This document shows, one piece after another, positions 49,590-58,837 of a stretch of 64,000 bases of DNA. Position numbers and translations under genes: made by a program. The notes under the pieces were generated by a model. The model saw only the letters and a program-made list of their open reading frames with translations. It was not told the DNA's origin and made no database searches. The stretch is from Nitrospirota bacterium (GTDB lineage: Bacteria > Nitrospirota > UBA9217), in assembly GCA_963751455.1 (NCBI GenBank), contig CAVVUN010000012.1:288001-352000 (forward strand), in the 5' to 3' direction. Position 1 is the first letter of the stretch, and each line of letters starts with the position of its first letter.

Positions 49590-51149
49590 CTAATGCCTGA
49601 AGTGCCTCATCCGGGTCATTACCATGGCAATGCCGTGCTCATCAGCGGCCTTGATGACCTCTTCGTCCTTAAGTGAACCGCCCGGCTGGATCACGGCTGT
49701 CACGCCGGACCTGGCGGCCTCATCAAGGCCGTCCCTGAAGGGGAAAAAGGCATCAGATGCGAGCACGCTGCCGGCAAGCGGCGACCTGGCCTTCATCACC
49801 GCAATCCGCACTGAGTCAAGACGGCTCATCTGTCCGGCCCCGATGCCGATCGTCCGATCCTTTGCCGTAAAGACGATTGCATTCGATTTCACGTGCTTGC
49901 ACACCTTCCAGGCAAAAGCGAGCGCCTCGTACTCGTCATCCGTGGGCTTCCTTCTGGTCGCCACGTCGAGCGCCCGAATGTCGTTAAGCCGCCCCATATC
50001 CCGGTCCTGGTAGATCAGACCGCCCACGATTTTTTTCAGGTCCATACCCTCGGGCTTTCCCGTTACACTGGGACCGATATCAAGGACCCTTACGTCTTTC
50101 TTTCGCTGAAGCTCCTCGCGGGCATCAGGAGCAAAGCCCGGAGCGGCTACGACTTCGACAAACGTTTCCGTTAGTTCCCTGGCCGTATCAATTTCGACAA
50201 TGCGGTTGAAGGCGATCACGCCCCCGAAAGCGGAAACCGGATCGCAGTCGCGCGCCTTACGGTACGCATCAACGAGGGTCTTTGCCGTGGCGGCCCCGCA
50301 TGGGTTGTTGTGCTTCACAATAACGGCGGCGGTCTCTTCATACTCCTTTACCAGTTCAAGCGCGCTGTTCGCGTCCAGAAAATTGTTGAACGACATCTCC
50401 TTGCCCTGGAGCTGCTTCGCGCCCGATATCGACGGTTCCTTGCGCCCGAATTCGCGGTAGAAGGCCGCCTGCTGGTGAGGATTCTCCCCATACCGGAGGT
50501 TCTGCACCTTTTCGAGTTGGAGCGTGAGGATGTTCGGAAACCTTGTCTTTTCATCGGCCGGGACCTGGCCGTCCAGCCATGCCGAGATTGCGCTGTCATA
50601 CCGCGCCGTATGCAGGAAAACGGTCCTGCAGAGCTCAAAGCGCGTCTTTGCCGAAACTTCGCCGCTCTTCTTTATTTCCAGCAGCACGCGTTCGTAATCA
50701 CGGGGCGACACGACAACTGCGACATCAGTGTAGTTCTTCGCCGCGGAGCGCAGCATCGTCGGGCCGCCGATATCGATATTCTCGATCGCATCTTCGAGCG
50801 AACACCCGGGTTTGGCGACTGTCTGTTCAAAAGGATAGAGGTTCACCACAACAAGATCGATGGGTTCAATGCCGTGCGCTTTCATCTGCTTCACGTGTTC
50901 GGGATTGCTCCGCCTGCCGAGCAGCCCGCCGTGAACTTTCGGGTGCAGCGTCTTTACCCTGCCGTCCAGCATTTCGGGAAAACCGGTAAATTCGGAAACG
51001 TCCTTTACCTTGACGCCGCCGTCTCTTAAAAGTTTTGCGGTGCCGCCCGTCGACAGGATCTCGATTCCCAGCTCTGAAAGAGCTCTGGCAAAATCGAGAA
51101 TGCCTTCTTTATGAGAAACACTGATGAGTGCGCGCGTCACTTTGGCCAT
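49590..51149 (-). CDS. purH: Bifunctional AICAR transformylase/IMP cyclohydrolase
   Basis: STGGT, GRVKTLHP, IDIGG, LRYGENPHQ, KHNNPCG, SDAFFPF, RHFRH. Confidence 0.98.
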   Translation of the reverse strand: MAKVTRALISVSHKEGILDFARALSELGIEILSTGGTAKLLRDGGVKVKDVSEFTGFPEMLDGRVKTLHPKVHGGLLGRRSNPEHVKQMKAHGIEPIDLVVVNLYPFEQTVAKPGCSLEDAIENIDIGGPTMLRSAAKNYTDVAVVVSPRDYERVLLEIKKSGEVSAKTRFELCRTVFLHTARYDSAISAWLDGQVPADEKTRFPNILTLQLEKVQNLRYGENPHQQAAFYREFGRKEPSISGAKQLQGKEMSFNNFLDANSALELVKEYEETAAVIVKHNNPCGAATAKTLVDAYRKARDCDPVSAFGGVIAFNRIVEIDTARELTETFVEVVAAPGFAPDAREELQRKKDVRVLDIGPSVTGKPEGMDLKKIVGGLIYQDRDMGRLNDIRALDVATRRKPTDDEYEALAFAWKVCKHVKSNAIVFTAKDRTIGIGAGQMSRLDSVRIAVMKARSPLAGSVLASDAFFPFRDGLDEAARSGVTAVIQPGGSLKDEEVIKAADEHGIAMVMTRMRHFRH

Positions 51150-51192
51150 GACAGAGCCTCCCGGAAAAAAATCAATTTTTGTTCGATATATA

Positions 51193-51281
51193 GCCGCAGA
51201 TTACGCAGATTACGCCGATAAAAAACCAGGCCTGTTTTATTTATTTCTTAAAATCTGCGAGCATCTGCGAAATCTGCGGAT
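51193..51281. repeat. REP-like palindrome with 9-10 bp internal repeats
   Basis: gccgcagattacgcagattacgccgat pairs with atctgcgagcatctgcgaaatctgcgga. Confidence 0.7.
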
Positions 51282-51403
51282 GAATTGCTTTGCTTAATAT
51301 TCCGTTTCGAGAATGATAACAGGCACATCCGTAAATTGAAATAGTAACCGAAAACAATAATAGATGTCAATTAATTACAGCGCCAAAATAGTAAGACTGC
51401 CTT

Positions 51404-52774
51404 TCACCCCACGACATTATACTCCCGCACGCGAAACCGCGCTCCAAGCTCCTCAGCGATCGTGCGGCAGGCATCAACGTCCACATCCGGAAGCGATACG
51501 ACCGTGGCAGTAACGTCCGGAATATGCTTTTTGGCTTCGCGGATGAAGTCTTTGACCGCCTCGTACGTATCAGGGCCGAATGTGGGCTGACTTATCCTGG
51601 CGTAGATTTCTTTGTTCTGTGCGTTCAGACTGATGCTCACCGCGTCGACCAACCCCGACAGTTCCGGCAGGATATTGCGCTTATAAATCAGGTTCGCGTG
51701 TCCGTTCGTGTCGATACGGACCCTGCCGCCGTTCCGCTTTACCTCGGCGGCAACGGTCTTGACCACATCCAGCCTCAGGAGCGGCTCGCCGTATCCACAG
51801 AATACTATTTCGGCATACCGGCGAGGGTCTCCTATCTCCCTGATCAGGTCTTCGGCAGCCGGCTCCGTTCCGAGGCGGAGGTTGTGACCTTTTACGAAAT
51901 CCGTGTTGTAGCGGACACAGAAGGTGCAGGCAGCCGTGCAGCGGTTCGTGATGTTGAGGTAAAGCGAGTTCCGAATGGGATAGGTTATTCTCCCTGCTTC
52001 GGGGACGGCACCGATCCCGAAGAGCTGCATCGCGTTAAAGGTCGTAATCCTGGCAACATCGTCGACGGAGAGGCCCTTGATCCTTGCAACTTCCTCCGCG
52101 GTATGGCGAACGAACGCAGGCTCATTCCGCCTGCCGCGAACAGGCTGCGGCGCGAGATACGGCGAATCCGTTTCTATCAGCATGTGCTCAATCGGGATCT
52201 GGCGCACCACTTCGCGCAGCGATTCCGCCTTGGGAAAGGTTACGGGGCCGGCGATCGAAATTGAAAAACCCATCTCGATCACCTTTTTCGCCATGGCCGC
52301 GTCCCCCGAGAAGCAGTGCATCACGCCTCCCAGGTCCGGGGACCATTCTTCGGACAGGATCCGGATGGTGTCCTCATGCGCCTCGCGGTCATGGATGATG
52401 ACCGGCAGGTCCAACTCCCGCGCCTCGCGCAGCATGTCGCGGAATTTTATCTTCTGGTCGGACCGCGGCGAATTCTCGTAGTGGTAGTCCAGGCCTATCT
52501 CGCCGTATGCAACCACCTTTTTGTGCTGCGCAAAGTGCCTGATGATGCCGTACGCGGGATGCAGGATGTCTTTGACTTCATGCGGGTGAATGCCGATCGC
52601 GGCGTAAATAAAATCGTATTTCTCGGCCAGGAGAACGGCATCGCGGCTGGACTCCACCGTCGTCCCGATCGTGACGATATACTCTACACCGGCCTCACGG
52701 GCCCGCTGTATCACTTCGTCCCGGTCGTCGTTGAATTCACGCATCTCCAGGTGCGCGTGAGTGTCAATTAACAT
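51404..52774 (-). CDS. TatD-family nuclease fused to TatD-associated radical SAM domain
   Basis: IDTHAH, GEIGLD, HCFSG, ETDSPYL; then YLNITNRCTAACTFC, FCGYGEP. Confidence 0.92.
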   Translation of the reverse strand: MLIDTHAHLEMREFNDDRDEVIQRAREAGVEYIVTIGTTVESSRDAVLLAEKYDFIYAAIGIHPHEVKDILHPAYGIIRHFAQHKKVVAYGEIGLDYHYENSPRSDQKIKFRDMLREARELDLPVIIHDREAHEDTIRILSEEWSPDLGGVMHCFSGDAAMAKKVIEMGFSISIAGPVTFPKAESLREVVRQIPIEHMLIETDSPYLAPQPVRGRRNEPAFVRHTAEEVARIKGLSVDDVARITTFNAMQLFGIGAVPEAGRITYPIRNSLYLNITNRCTAACTFCVRYNTDFVKGHNLRLGTEPAAEDLIREIGDPRRYAEIVFCGYGEPLLRLDVVKTVAAEVKRNGGRVRIDTNGHANLIYKRNILPELSGLVDAVSISLNAQNKEIYARISQPTFGPDTYEAVKDFIREAKKHIPDVTATVVSLPDVDVDACRTIAEELGARFRVREYNVVG

Positions 52775-52892
52775 GATTTCAACCCGCCTTACAGATCCAA
52801 AAGCAAAAAAAGATCAGCCACTGATTATCACTGATAGCACGGATAAAAACGAATTATCCTAACCCGGACAAGCCGGAACCAAAACCGTTGAA

Positions 52893-53066
52893 CCTGAAAA
52901 CGGCATTTGGACGCAGATGAACGCGGATAACCGCGGATCAAACAAAAGAATTTTTAGAGAAATAAATTTACCCGCAGGGTGACTGCTTTTACGATATAAG
53001 AACGTTTTTTTATTCGACCTTATCTGCGTTTATCGATTTTTCTGCGTCCCAAATGCTTTTTTTAGG
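52893..53066. mobile_element. 174-bp MITE of the same family, target duplication TTGAA, nested in other repeats
   Basis: cctgaaaa...ttttagg termini; TTGAA at 52888-52892 and 53067-53071. Confidence 0.88.
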
Positions 53067-53349
53067 TTGAACCGCCAAGGCGCAATGGTCGCGAGGAAAG
53101 CTCAAACCAAATACTGGATTTTTAATATCAAAAACGTTTTCCGGTTTCCTCGCGTCCCTCGCGTCTTCGCGGTAAATATTTTCTTGGGTCCTTTTTGAGA
53201 AGATTTTCACTCGTAACTGACTGAATTCATCCGTGTAATCCGTGGCAAAAATAAGGATCCTGATTCTATTCCGCATTCCGCCTGCGCCCAGCGATACGAG
53301 TGCTTGCGCGAGTGCAGGGTGCATCCGCAATAAAGCGCGAAGCGCGTTC

Positions 53350-55359
53350 TTACTTCACTCTGCTTCCCGGCTTTACATCGCGGTCGAACGTGGCAACCCC
53401 GAGCAGCTCTCCGCTGCTCCCGGCCAGGAGCATGCCCTGCGACTCGATCCCCATGAGCTTCGCGGGCTTCAGATTGGCGACCAGCACCACGCTTTTGCCC
53501 AGCAGTTCTTCCGGGGCGTAGCTCTTGCCGATGCCGGCGACCACCTGCCGGGTTTCGGTACCGACATCGACCTTCAGCTTGATCAGCTTCTCGGATTTTT
53601 CCACCCGCTCGGCGGAGAGTATCTTCCCGACGCGCAGATCGACTTTCATGAAATCCTCTATCCCGATAAGCTCGGGCAGCGCCGTCTTCGGCGCCTCCGC
53701 TGCAGCGGTTTTCTCCGGTTCCGGACTCGTTTTCTCCACTTTTTTCTCCTTTGGCTTGCCTTTCTCCGCGGCCGGCGCAGGCCCCTGTTTTCTGTCTTCT
53801 TTTTCTATCCGCGGGAAAAGCTGGGCCCCGGGCTGAATCGAGGAGCCTTCAACGAGTTTTCCCCAGCCTTGCTCCTCGTTCATGCGGCATGAACCAATTA
53901 GTTTAGCCGCCCCTATAGCATTCCATATCTTTTGAGAAGTGGACGGCATGACCGGGTAAAGGAAGAGCGCGATCAACCTGAGCGATTCGGAAAGATTATA
54001 GAGAACACTTCCGAGCCGGGCCATATCATTGTTCTTTGCGAGGGCCCAGGGTGCGTTCTCCTCGACATAGCGGTTCGCGCGGGTGACGAGCGACCATACG
54101 TCCTGGAGGTATTTGGTAAAGGCCAGCGACGACAAGTCCTCGCTAATCCTCGCCGGAATGGATGCAGCAGTTTCCCGCAGCTCCCGGTCAAATGGCTGAT
54201 CCGTACTGCTCCGGGGGATCTTGCCGTCAAAATATTTGCCGATCATCGTCATGACGCGGGACAACAGGTTGCCCAGGTCATTCGCAAGCTCCGTATTGAA
54301 CCGGGTCACAAAGGTCTCGGTCGAGAAATCGCCGTCGAGGCCGAAGGGCACTTCGCGCAGCACAAAATACCGGAACGCGTCGGCGCCGTACGTATCGACA
54401 ACCTCGTTCGGGTCGATGACATTGCCGAGCGACTTGGACATTTTTTTCCCGTCCCTGGTCCACCAGCCATGGGCAAAAATATTGCCGGGTAGCGAAAGGC
54501 CGAGCGCCATCAGCATCGTGGACCAGTAAACAGCATGAGTCGTCAAAATATCTTTTCCGACAAGATGATGGTTCGCAGGCCACCAAAACCGGTCCCTCTG
54601 CATCGGATACTCCGTGCCGGTAACTTCGGGGCTCAGGTATCGGGTTGCGGAATAATAATTTACGAGCGCATCGAACCAGACATACGTGACAAAGTTCCGG
54701 TCAAAAGGTATTTCGATGCCCCATGAAAGCCTTGCCTTGGGGCGACTGATGCACAGGTCGCCCAGTTTCTGGGATTTCAGAAAACCGAGGACTTCGTTGC
54801 GGCGGCTTTCAGGAAGGATATAATTCGGATTATCCATGATATGCTGGACAAGCCGGTTCTGATATTTGCTCATCAGGAAAAAGTAATTGTCTTCGGAGAT
54901 CCGCTCCACCGGCCTTCCGCACTCCGGGCACTTTCCGTCCACGATCTCCTTCTCGGTCCAGAAGCGCTCGTCAGGAGTGCAGTACCAGCCTTCGTAGGTC
55001 CGCCGTTCTATCTCGCCTTTGTCGTAGAGTTTCTGGAGAAGCTCCTGAACGACAAGAATATGCTCAGCATCAGTAGTGCGGATAAAGTTATCGTGTGTTA
55101 TGTCGAGTTTTTTCCACAGCCGCTGGAAATTAACAGTCATGCTGTCGGCATGCGCCATCGGACTGAGCCCCCGCTCCTGGGCGGCTTTTTCGACCTTCTG
55201 GCCGTGCTCATCCGTGCCTGTCAGAAAGAACACCGGGTCGCCCAGCAGACGGTGATAGCGCGCAAGCGTGTCCGCCGCAATCGTGGTGTAGGCGTGGCCG
55301 ATGTGAGGCACGTCGTTAACGTAGTAAATGGGCGTTGTTATGTAGAATTTAGCGGCCAT
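53350..55359 (-). CDS. metG: Methionyl-tRNA synthetase with C-terminal tRNA-binding domain
   Basis: YYVNDVPHIGH, GTDEHG, YVWFDAL, KMSKS, OB-fold SQGMLLA. Confidence 0.98.
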   Translation of the reverse strand: MAAKFYITTPIYYVNDVPHIGHAYTTIAADTLARYHRLLGDPVFFLTGTDEHGQKVEKAAQERGLSPMAHADSMTVNFQRLWKKLDITHDNFIRTTDAEHILVVQELLQKLYDKGEIERRTYEGWYCTPDERFWTEKEIVDGKCPECGRPVERISEDNYFFLMSKYQNRLVQHIMDNPNYILPESRRNEVLGFLKSQKLGDLCISRPKARLSWGIEIPFDRNFVTYVWFDALVNYYSATRYLSPEVTGTEYPMQRDRFWWPANHHLVGKDILTTHAVYWSTMLMALGLSLPGNIFAHGWWTRDGKKMSKSLGNVIDPNEVVDTYGADAFRYFVLREVPFGLDGDFSTETFVTRFNTELANDLGNLLSRVMTMIGKYFDGKIPRSSTDQPFDRELRETAASIPARISEDLSSLAFTKYLQDVWSLVTRANRYVEENAPWALAKNNDMARLGSVLYNLSESLRLIALFLYPVMPSTSQKIWNAIGAAKLIGSCRMNEEQGWGKLVEGSSIQPGAQLFPRIEKEDRKQGPAPAAEKGKPKEKKVEKTSPEPEKTAAAEAPKTALPELIGIEDFMKVDLRVGKILSAERVEKSEKLIKLKVDVGTETRQVVAGIGKSYAPEELLGKSVVLVANLKPAKLMGIESQGMLLAGSSGELLGVATFDRDVKPGSRVK

Positions 55360-55591
55360 GATTTACGGTATAAAATAATTTACCACGAAGGCAGAGTCAG
55401 GAACGCGATTTTTCATGCTGAAGCCGGGTTGTAATATCTGGTTTCGCGGACTTCTGTGCTTCGTGGTCCGATTCCCAAATGTTCAATTTTTATTGGAACA
55501 GGCATTACGTCGTCGCCGGTTCTTCGTGACTTTCGTGCACTCCATGGTCCAATCACAGTTTCACTTTGCACTTTGCACTTTGCAATATGTT

Positions 55592-56893
55592 TTACGTAGT
55601 CGCCGGCGCTCCACCGTTTCCCTGGGGCGGCTTGTTTTCGCCGCCCGGCTGACCCTTCTTCTTTCGCCGCCAGAAACGACGCCTTTTCTTCTTACTACTC
55701 TGCTTCTCGCCTTCCTGCTGCACCTGGGGGGCTTTCTGCTGCTGGGCCTGCTGTCCTTCAACCGCGGGCTGCTGCGGCTCGGCCGGCCGGTCAGGGCGGG
55801 CTTGCATCTTTTTATCCTGGTTCTTCTCCTGCGGGTTCTTTTGCTGATGGCTCTTCTGCTGCTGATTTTTTTCTGGATGGATTTTTTCCAGTTGGTTCTT
55901 TTTCTTCTCCGGCCTTGCGCTGTCTTTCAGCGCTGCTTCTTTCTGTTTGTCATGCCGCTGCTCGTGATGTCTTCGGTCCTCCTGCCGCTTCCTGTCGTCG
56001 GCGGTACGCCGCTCTTCGGCATCCCTGCGTTCCTGGTGAATACGCCGCTCCTCCTCGTCCTTCTTTTCCTTTACGACCGCATCACGCATGTCCGCGACGT
56101 CCTTTTTGATCTGGTCGTACATCTCATATTCATAGGAGAGGCAGCAGAGCAACCTGCCGCATACGCCGGAAATTTTCGCCGGATTCAGCACCATGTCCTG
56201 TTTTTTGGCCATTCTGATCGAGACCGGCTCGAAGTTCTTCAGAAATGACGAGCAGCAGAGTTCCCTCCCGCAGGGACCGAAACCGCCTATCATGCGCGCA
56301 ACGTCCCGCACGCCGATCTGCCGCATTTCGATGCGGCTTTTGAGCTTGAATGCGAGGTCCTTCACCATCTCGCGAAAATCGATCCTCGTCTCCGAAAAGA
56401 AATAGAACGTCGCCCGGGAAGCGTCAAATGAGTATTCCACCCGGATCAGCTTCATCGGCAGCTCGCGCTCCGCGACGATGTCCTGCGCGATCGTGAACGC
56501 TTCCGCTTCACGGACCCGGTTCTTTTCTTCCCTGGCGATATCGTCGCCGGTGGCCTTCCGAAGCACCTTCCGGGACCCTTTCGGCGGATGGATTCTCGAG
56601 GCCGCTTCCGGGGACGCTTTCTTTTCCGCTTCGTCAATATCCATCTCGACGCCGTCGGGTATTTCTTCAACAGGGGCTGCGGCAACGACCGGTTCGTCGG
56701 ATTCCCGGACTTTTCTTACGCGGACGACCTGCGCGATCCCGGCGCCCCGCTCCGAATCGACAATCACCCTGTCGCCGACGCTCAGTTCGATGCCGTTGGA
56801 ATCGAAATCATAGACCTTCCAGTTTTCCCGGAATCGAACTCCCGCGATTTTCTTTTGATTCTCTATTATATGTATATGCGCTGTCTCTTCCAT
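55592..56893 (-). CDS. ricT: PSP1/RicT (YaaT) family protein with long low-complexity tail
   Basis: RIDFREMVKDLA, RIEMRQIGVRD, GPCGRELCC, ISGVCGRLLCCL; conserved position between holB and metG. Confidence 0.88.
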   Translation of the reverse strand: MEETAHIHIIENQKKIAGVRFRENWKVYDFDSNGIELSVGDRVIVDSERGAGIAQVVRVRKVRESDEPVVAAAPVEEIPDGVEMDIDEAEKKASPEAASRIHPPKGSRKVLRKATGDDIAREEKNRVREAEAFTIAQDIVAERELPMKLIRVEYSFDASRATFYFFSETRIDFREMVKDLAFKLKSRIEMRQIGVRDVARMIGGFGPCGRELCCSSFLKNFEPVSIRMAKKQDMVLNPAKISGVCGRLLCCLSYEYEMYDQIKKDVADMRDAVVKEKKDEEERRIHQERRDAEERRTADDRKRQEDRRHHEQRHDKQKEAALKDSARPEKKKNQLEKIHPEKNQQQKSHQQKNPQEKNQDKKMQARPDRPAEPQQPAVEGQQAQQQKAPQVQQEGEKQSSKKKRRRFWRRKKKGQPGGENKPPQGNGGAPATT

Positions 56894-57013
56894 AGTATTT
56901 AGTCGTTTCTAATAGAAATTTCTATTTTTTGCGTCTTCGTCCTTTGTGTGAAAACCTGTCAATATTCGATCGTCTCGCAAAACTCAACATAATCTATAAA
57001 ATCATTGTTTGTA

Positions 57014-57988
57014 TTATCCTCTTCCCAGTTTCAGGAGCAGATTCTCGGCAACGAGTTGAGCGCTGACACGCCTGTCCAGCAGGCGCCTGCTGTTGGTAAA
57101 CAGATCGATTTGCGCGAGCATCCGGCCGAGCGGGATGTGTTCCGTCCACTGCCGGTATGCGTCCGCGCCATCCGGATAAACCAGCAGCTGCTGGTCGCCG
57201 GTTTTTTGAAAGACCATCGCGTCGCGCAGCCGTTCAACGCCGATATCCAGGAACCGTTCGAGCCGCTCCCGGTCCCTTGAGAGCGCCTCGGACTGTACCA
57301 GTATGTCTCCGGGGCTCATTGTTTCCAGCCCGGACCAGAGGGCGGCAAGCTCCGCCCGCGCGGTTTTTTCCTCTGCGGCGTTCATCTCGAGCGCGCGGCC
57401 CATGCTGCCCTGCGCAAGCGCGGCCAGAAACCGGCCGTCTTCCTCGGAAAACCCCCGGCTTACGAGCGCCTTCGCGAGAATATGCCGGGGAAGCGGAAGA
57501 AAAGTCAGCTCCTGGCACCGCGACCTGATGGTCGGCAGCAGGCTCTGGGGCATTGCGCTGACGAGAATTATACAGGCGTCGCCCGGCGGTTCTTCCAGCG
57601 TTTTTAAAAAAGCGTTTGCCGAAGCTGCATTCATGCAGTCGGCGTCATCGACAATCAGGATTTTTTTCGCACCCTGAAAGGGCCTGAGCGAGAGCTCGGC
57701 CTGGACCTGTCTGATCTGGTCAATCTTGATCTCGGCGCCGTCCGGTCCCAGCGTGTGCACGTCCGGGTGGCCGCCAGCGGCGATCATCCTGCACGATGTG
57801 CATTCGCCGCACCCGTCTTCCCCGTGAGGGTTTGCGCAGTTCACGGCAGCGGACAGCGCAAGCGCCGTCATCCTCTTGCCGATGCCCTCGTCACCGGAGA
57901 ACAGGTAGGCATGGGCAAGCGTTTTATTCGCCACCGTCCTCTTCAGGATGCTGATGGGCCGGTCATGACCGATGATAGTGTTGAACAT
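57014..57988 (-). CDS. holB: DNA polymerase III subunit delta'
   Basis: HAYLFSG..GIGK, CGECTSC, HPD, NAFLKTLEEPP, TIRSRC. Confidence 0.95.
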   Translation of the reverse strand: MFNTIIGHDRPISILKRTVANKTLAHAYLFSGDEGIGKRMTALALSAAVNCANPHGEDGCGECTSCRMIAAGGHPDVHTLGPDGAEIKIDQIRQVQAELSLRPFQGAKKILIVDDADCMNAASANAFLKTLEEPPGDACIILVSAMPQSLLPTIRSRCQELTFLPLPRHILAKALVSRGFSEEDGRFLAALAQGSMGRALEMNAAEEKTARAELAALWSGLETMSPGDILVQSEALSRDRERLERFLDIGVERLRDAMVFQKTGDQQLLVYPDGADAYRQWTEHIPLGRMLAQIDLFTNSRRLLDRRVSAQLVAENLLLKLGRG

Positions 57989-58027
57989 AGCGGGTTTAAA
58001 ATTTGATAGATTCGGAAGTCAAGATTT

Positions 58028-58100
58028 GCCACAGAGCACACAGAGAGCACGACGTAAGGCTTTGATTCTCTCTCTGAGTCCTCTGCGACCTCTGTGGCTA
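58028..58100. repeat. REP-like palindrome
   Basis: gccacagagagcacacagagag pairs with ctctgagtcctctgcgacctctgtggc. Confidence 0.7.
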
Positions 58101-58177
58101 AAAAAGACTTTTACGATTTATCAATCATTCTATTCTTCATGTCCTCTGCCTGCGTCCTAAAATTAACAGTAGAATTT

Positions 58178-58837
58178 TTACTTCGTGGCCCGAACGGCGT
58201 CGCCCAGCGCCTCATCAATTATCCTGCGAATGCTCCGCTGTATTTCGTCCGGTGAGAACGAGGCGGGCACAACCCGAAAGCGCCCGGGTTCCTGCCGCGC
58301 CAGCGCAAGATACCCTTCCCGCACGCGCTCATGAAATGCAATGTCTTCGTTCTCGAAACGGGCTTCTGCCTGAAGCCCGCTGGTTTTGTTTCTTCCCCGC
58401 GCACGCAAAAGTCCGGCTGCCGCATCCAGGTCCAGCAGTATCGTCAGATCCGGCCTTAACCCGGCGGTCACCATTCTGTCCAGGGATCCAATCATGCCGA
58501 TGTCCAGGCCCCGGCCATGCCCCTGGTAGGCGAGCGTCGCATCAGAGAAGCGATCGCACAACACGACATCCCCGGCCGACAGCGCCGGTCCTATAAGTTC
58601 TTCAAGATGCTGAGCGCGGGCAGCCGCGTACAGGAGCAGTTCGGCTTTCGGCGCAAGCATCTTGTTGTCCGGATCAAGCAGGATCTTCCTGATCTGGTCT
58701 CCGATGTCGGTACCGCCGGGCTCCCGCGTAAGCGTTACGGCTTTTCGCAGGCCCGTCAGGTAATTGGCGTACAATACGATCTGCGTGGATTTGCCGGATC
58801 CCTCAATTCCCTCGAAGGTGATGAAGACTCCCTTCAT
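58178..58837 (-). CDS. tmk: Thymidylate kinase
   Basis: FEGIEGSGKST, TREPGG, CDRFSDAT.AYQG. Confidence 0.97.
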   Translation of the reverse strand: MKGVFITFEGIEGSGKSTQIVLYANYLTGLRKAVTLTREPGGTDIGDQIRKILLDPDNKMLAPKAELLLYAAARAQHLEELIGPALSAGDVVLCDRFSDATLAYQGHGRGLDIGMIGSLDRMVTAGLRPDLTILLDLDAAAGLLRARGRNKTSGLQAEARFENEDIAFHERVREGYLALARQEPGRFRVVPASFSPDEIQRSIRRIIDEALGDAVRATK

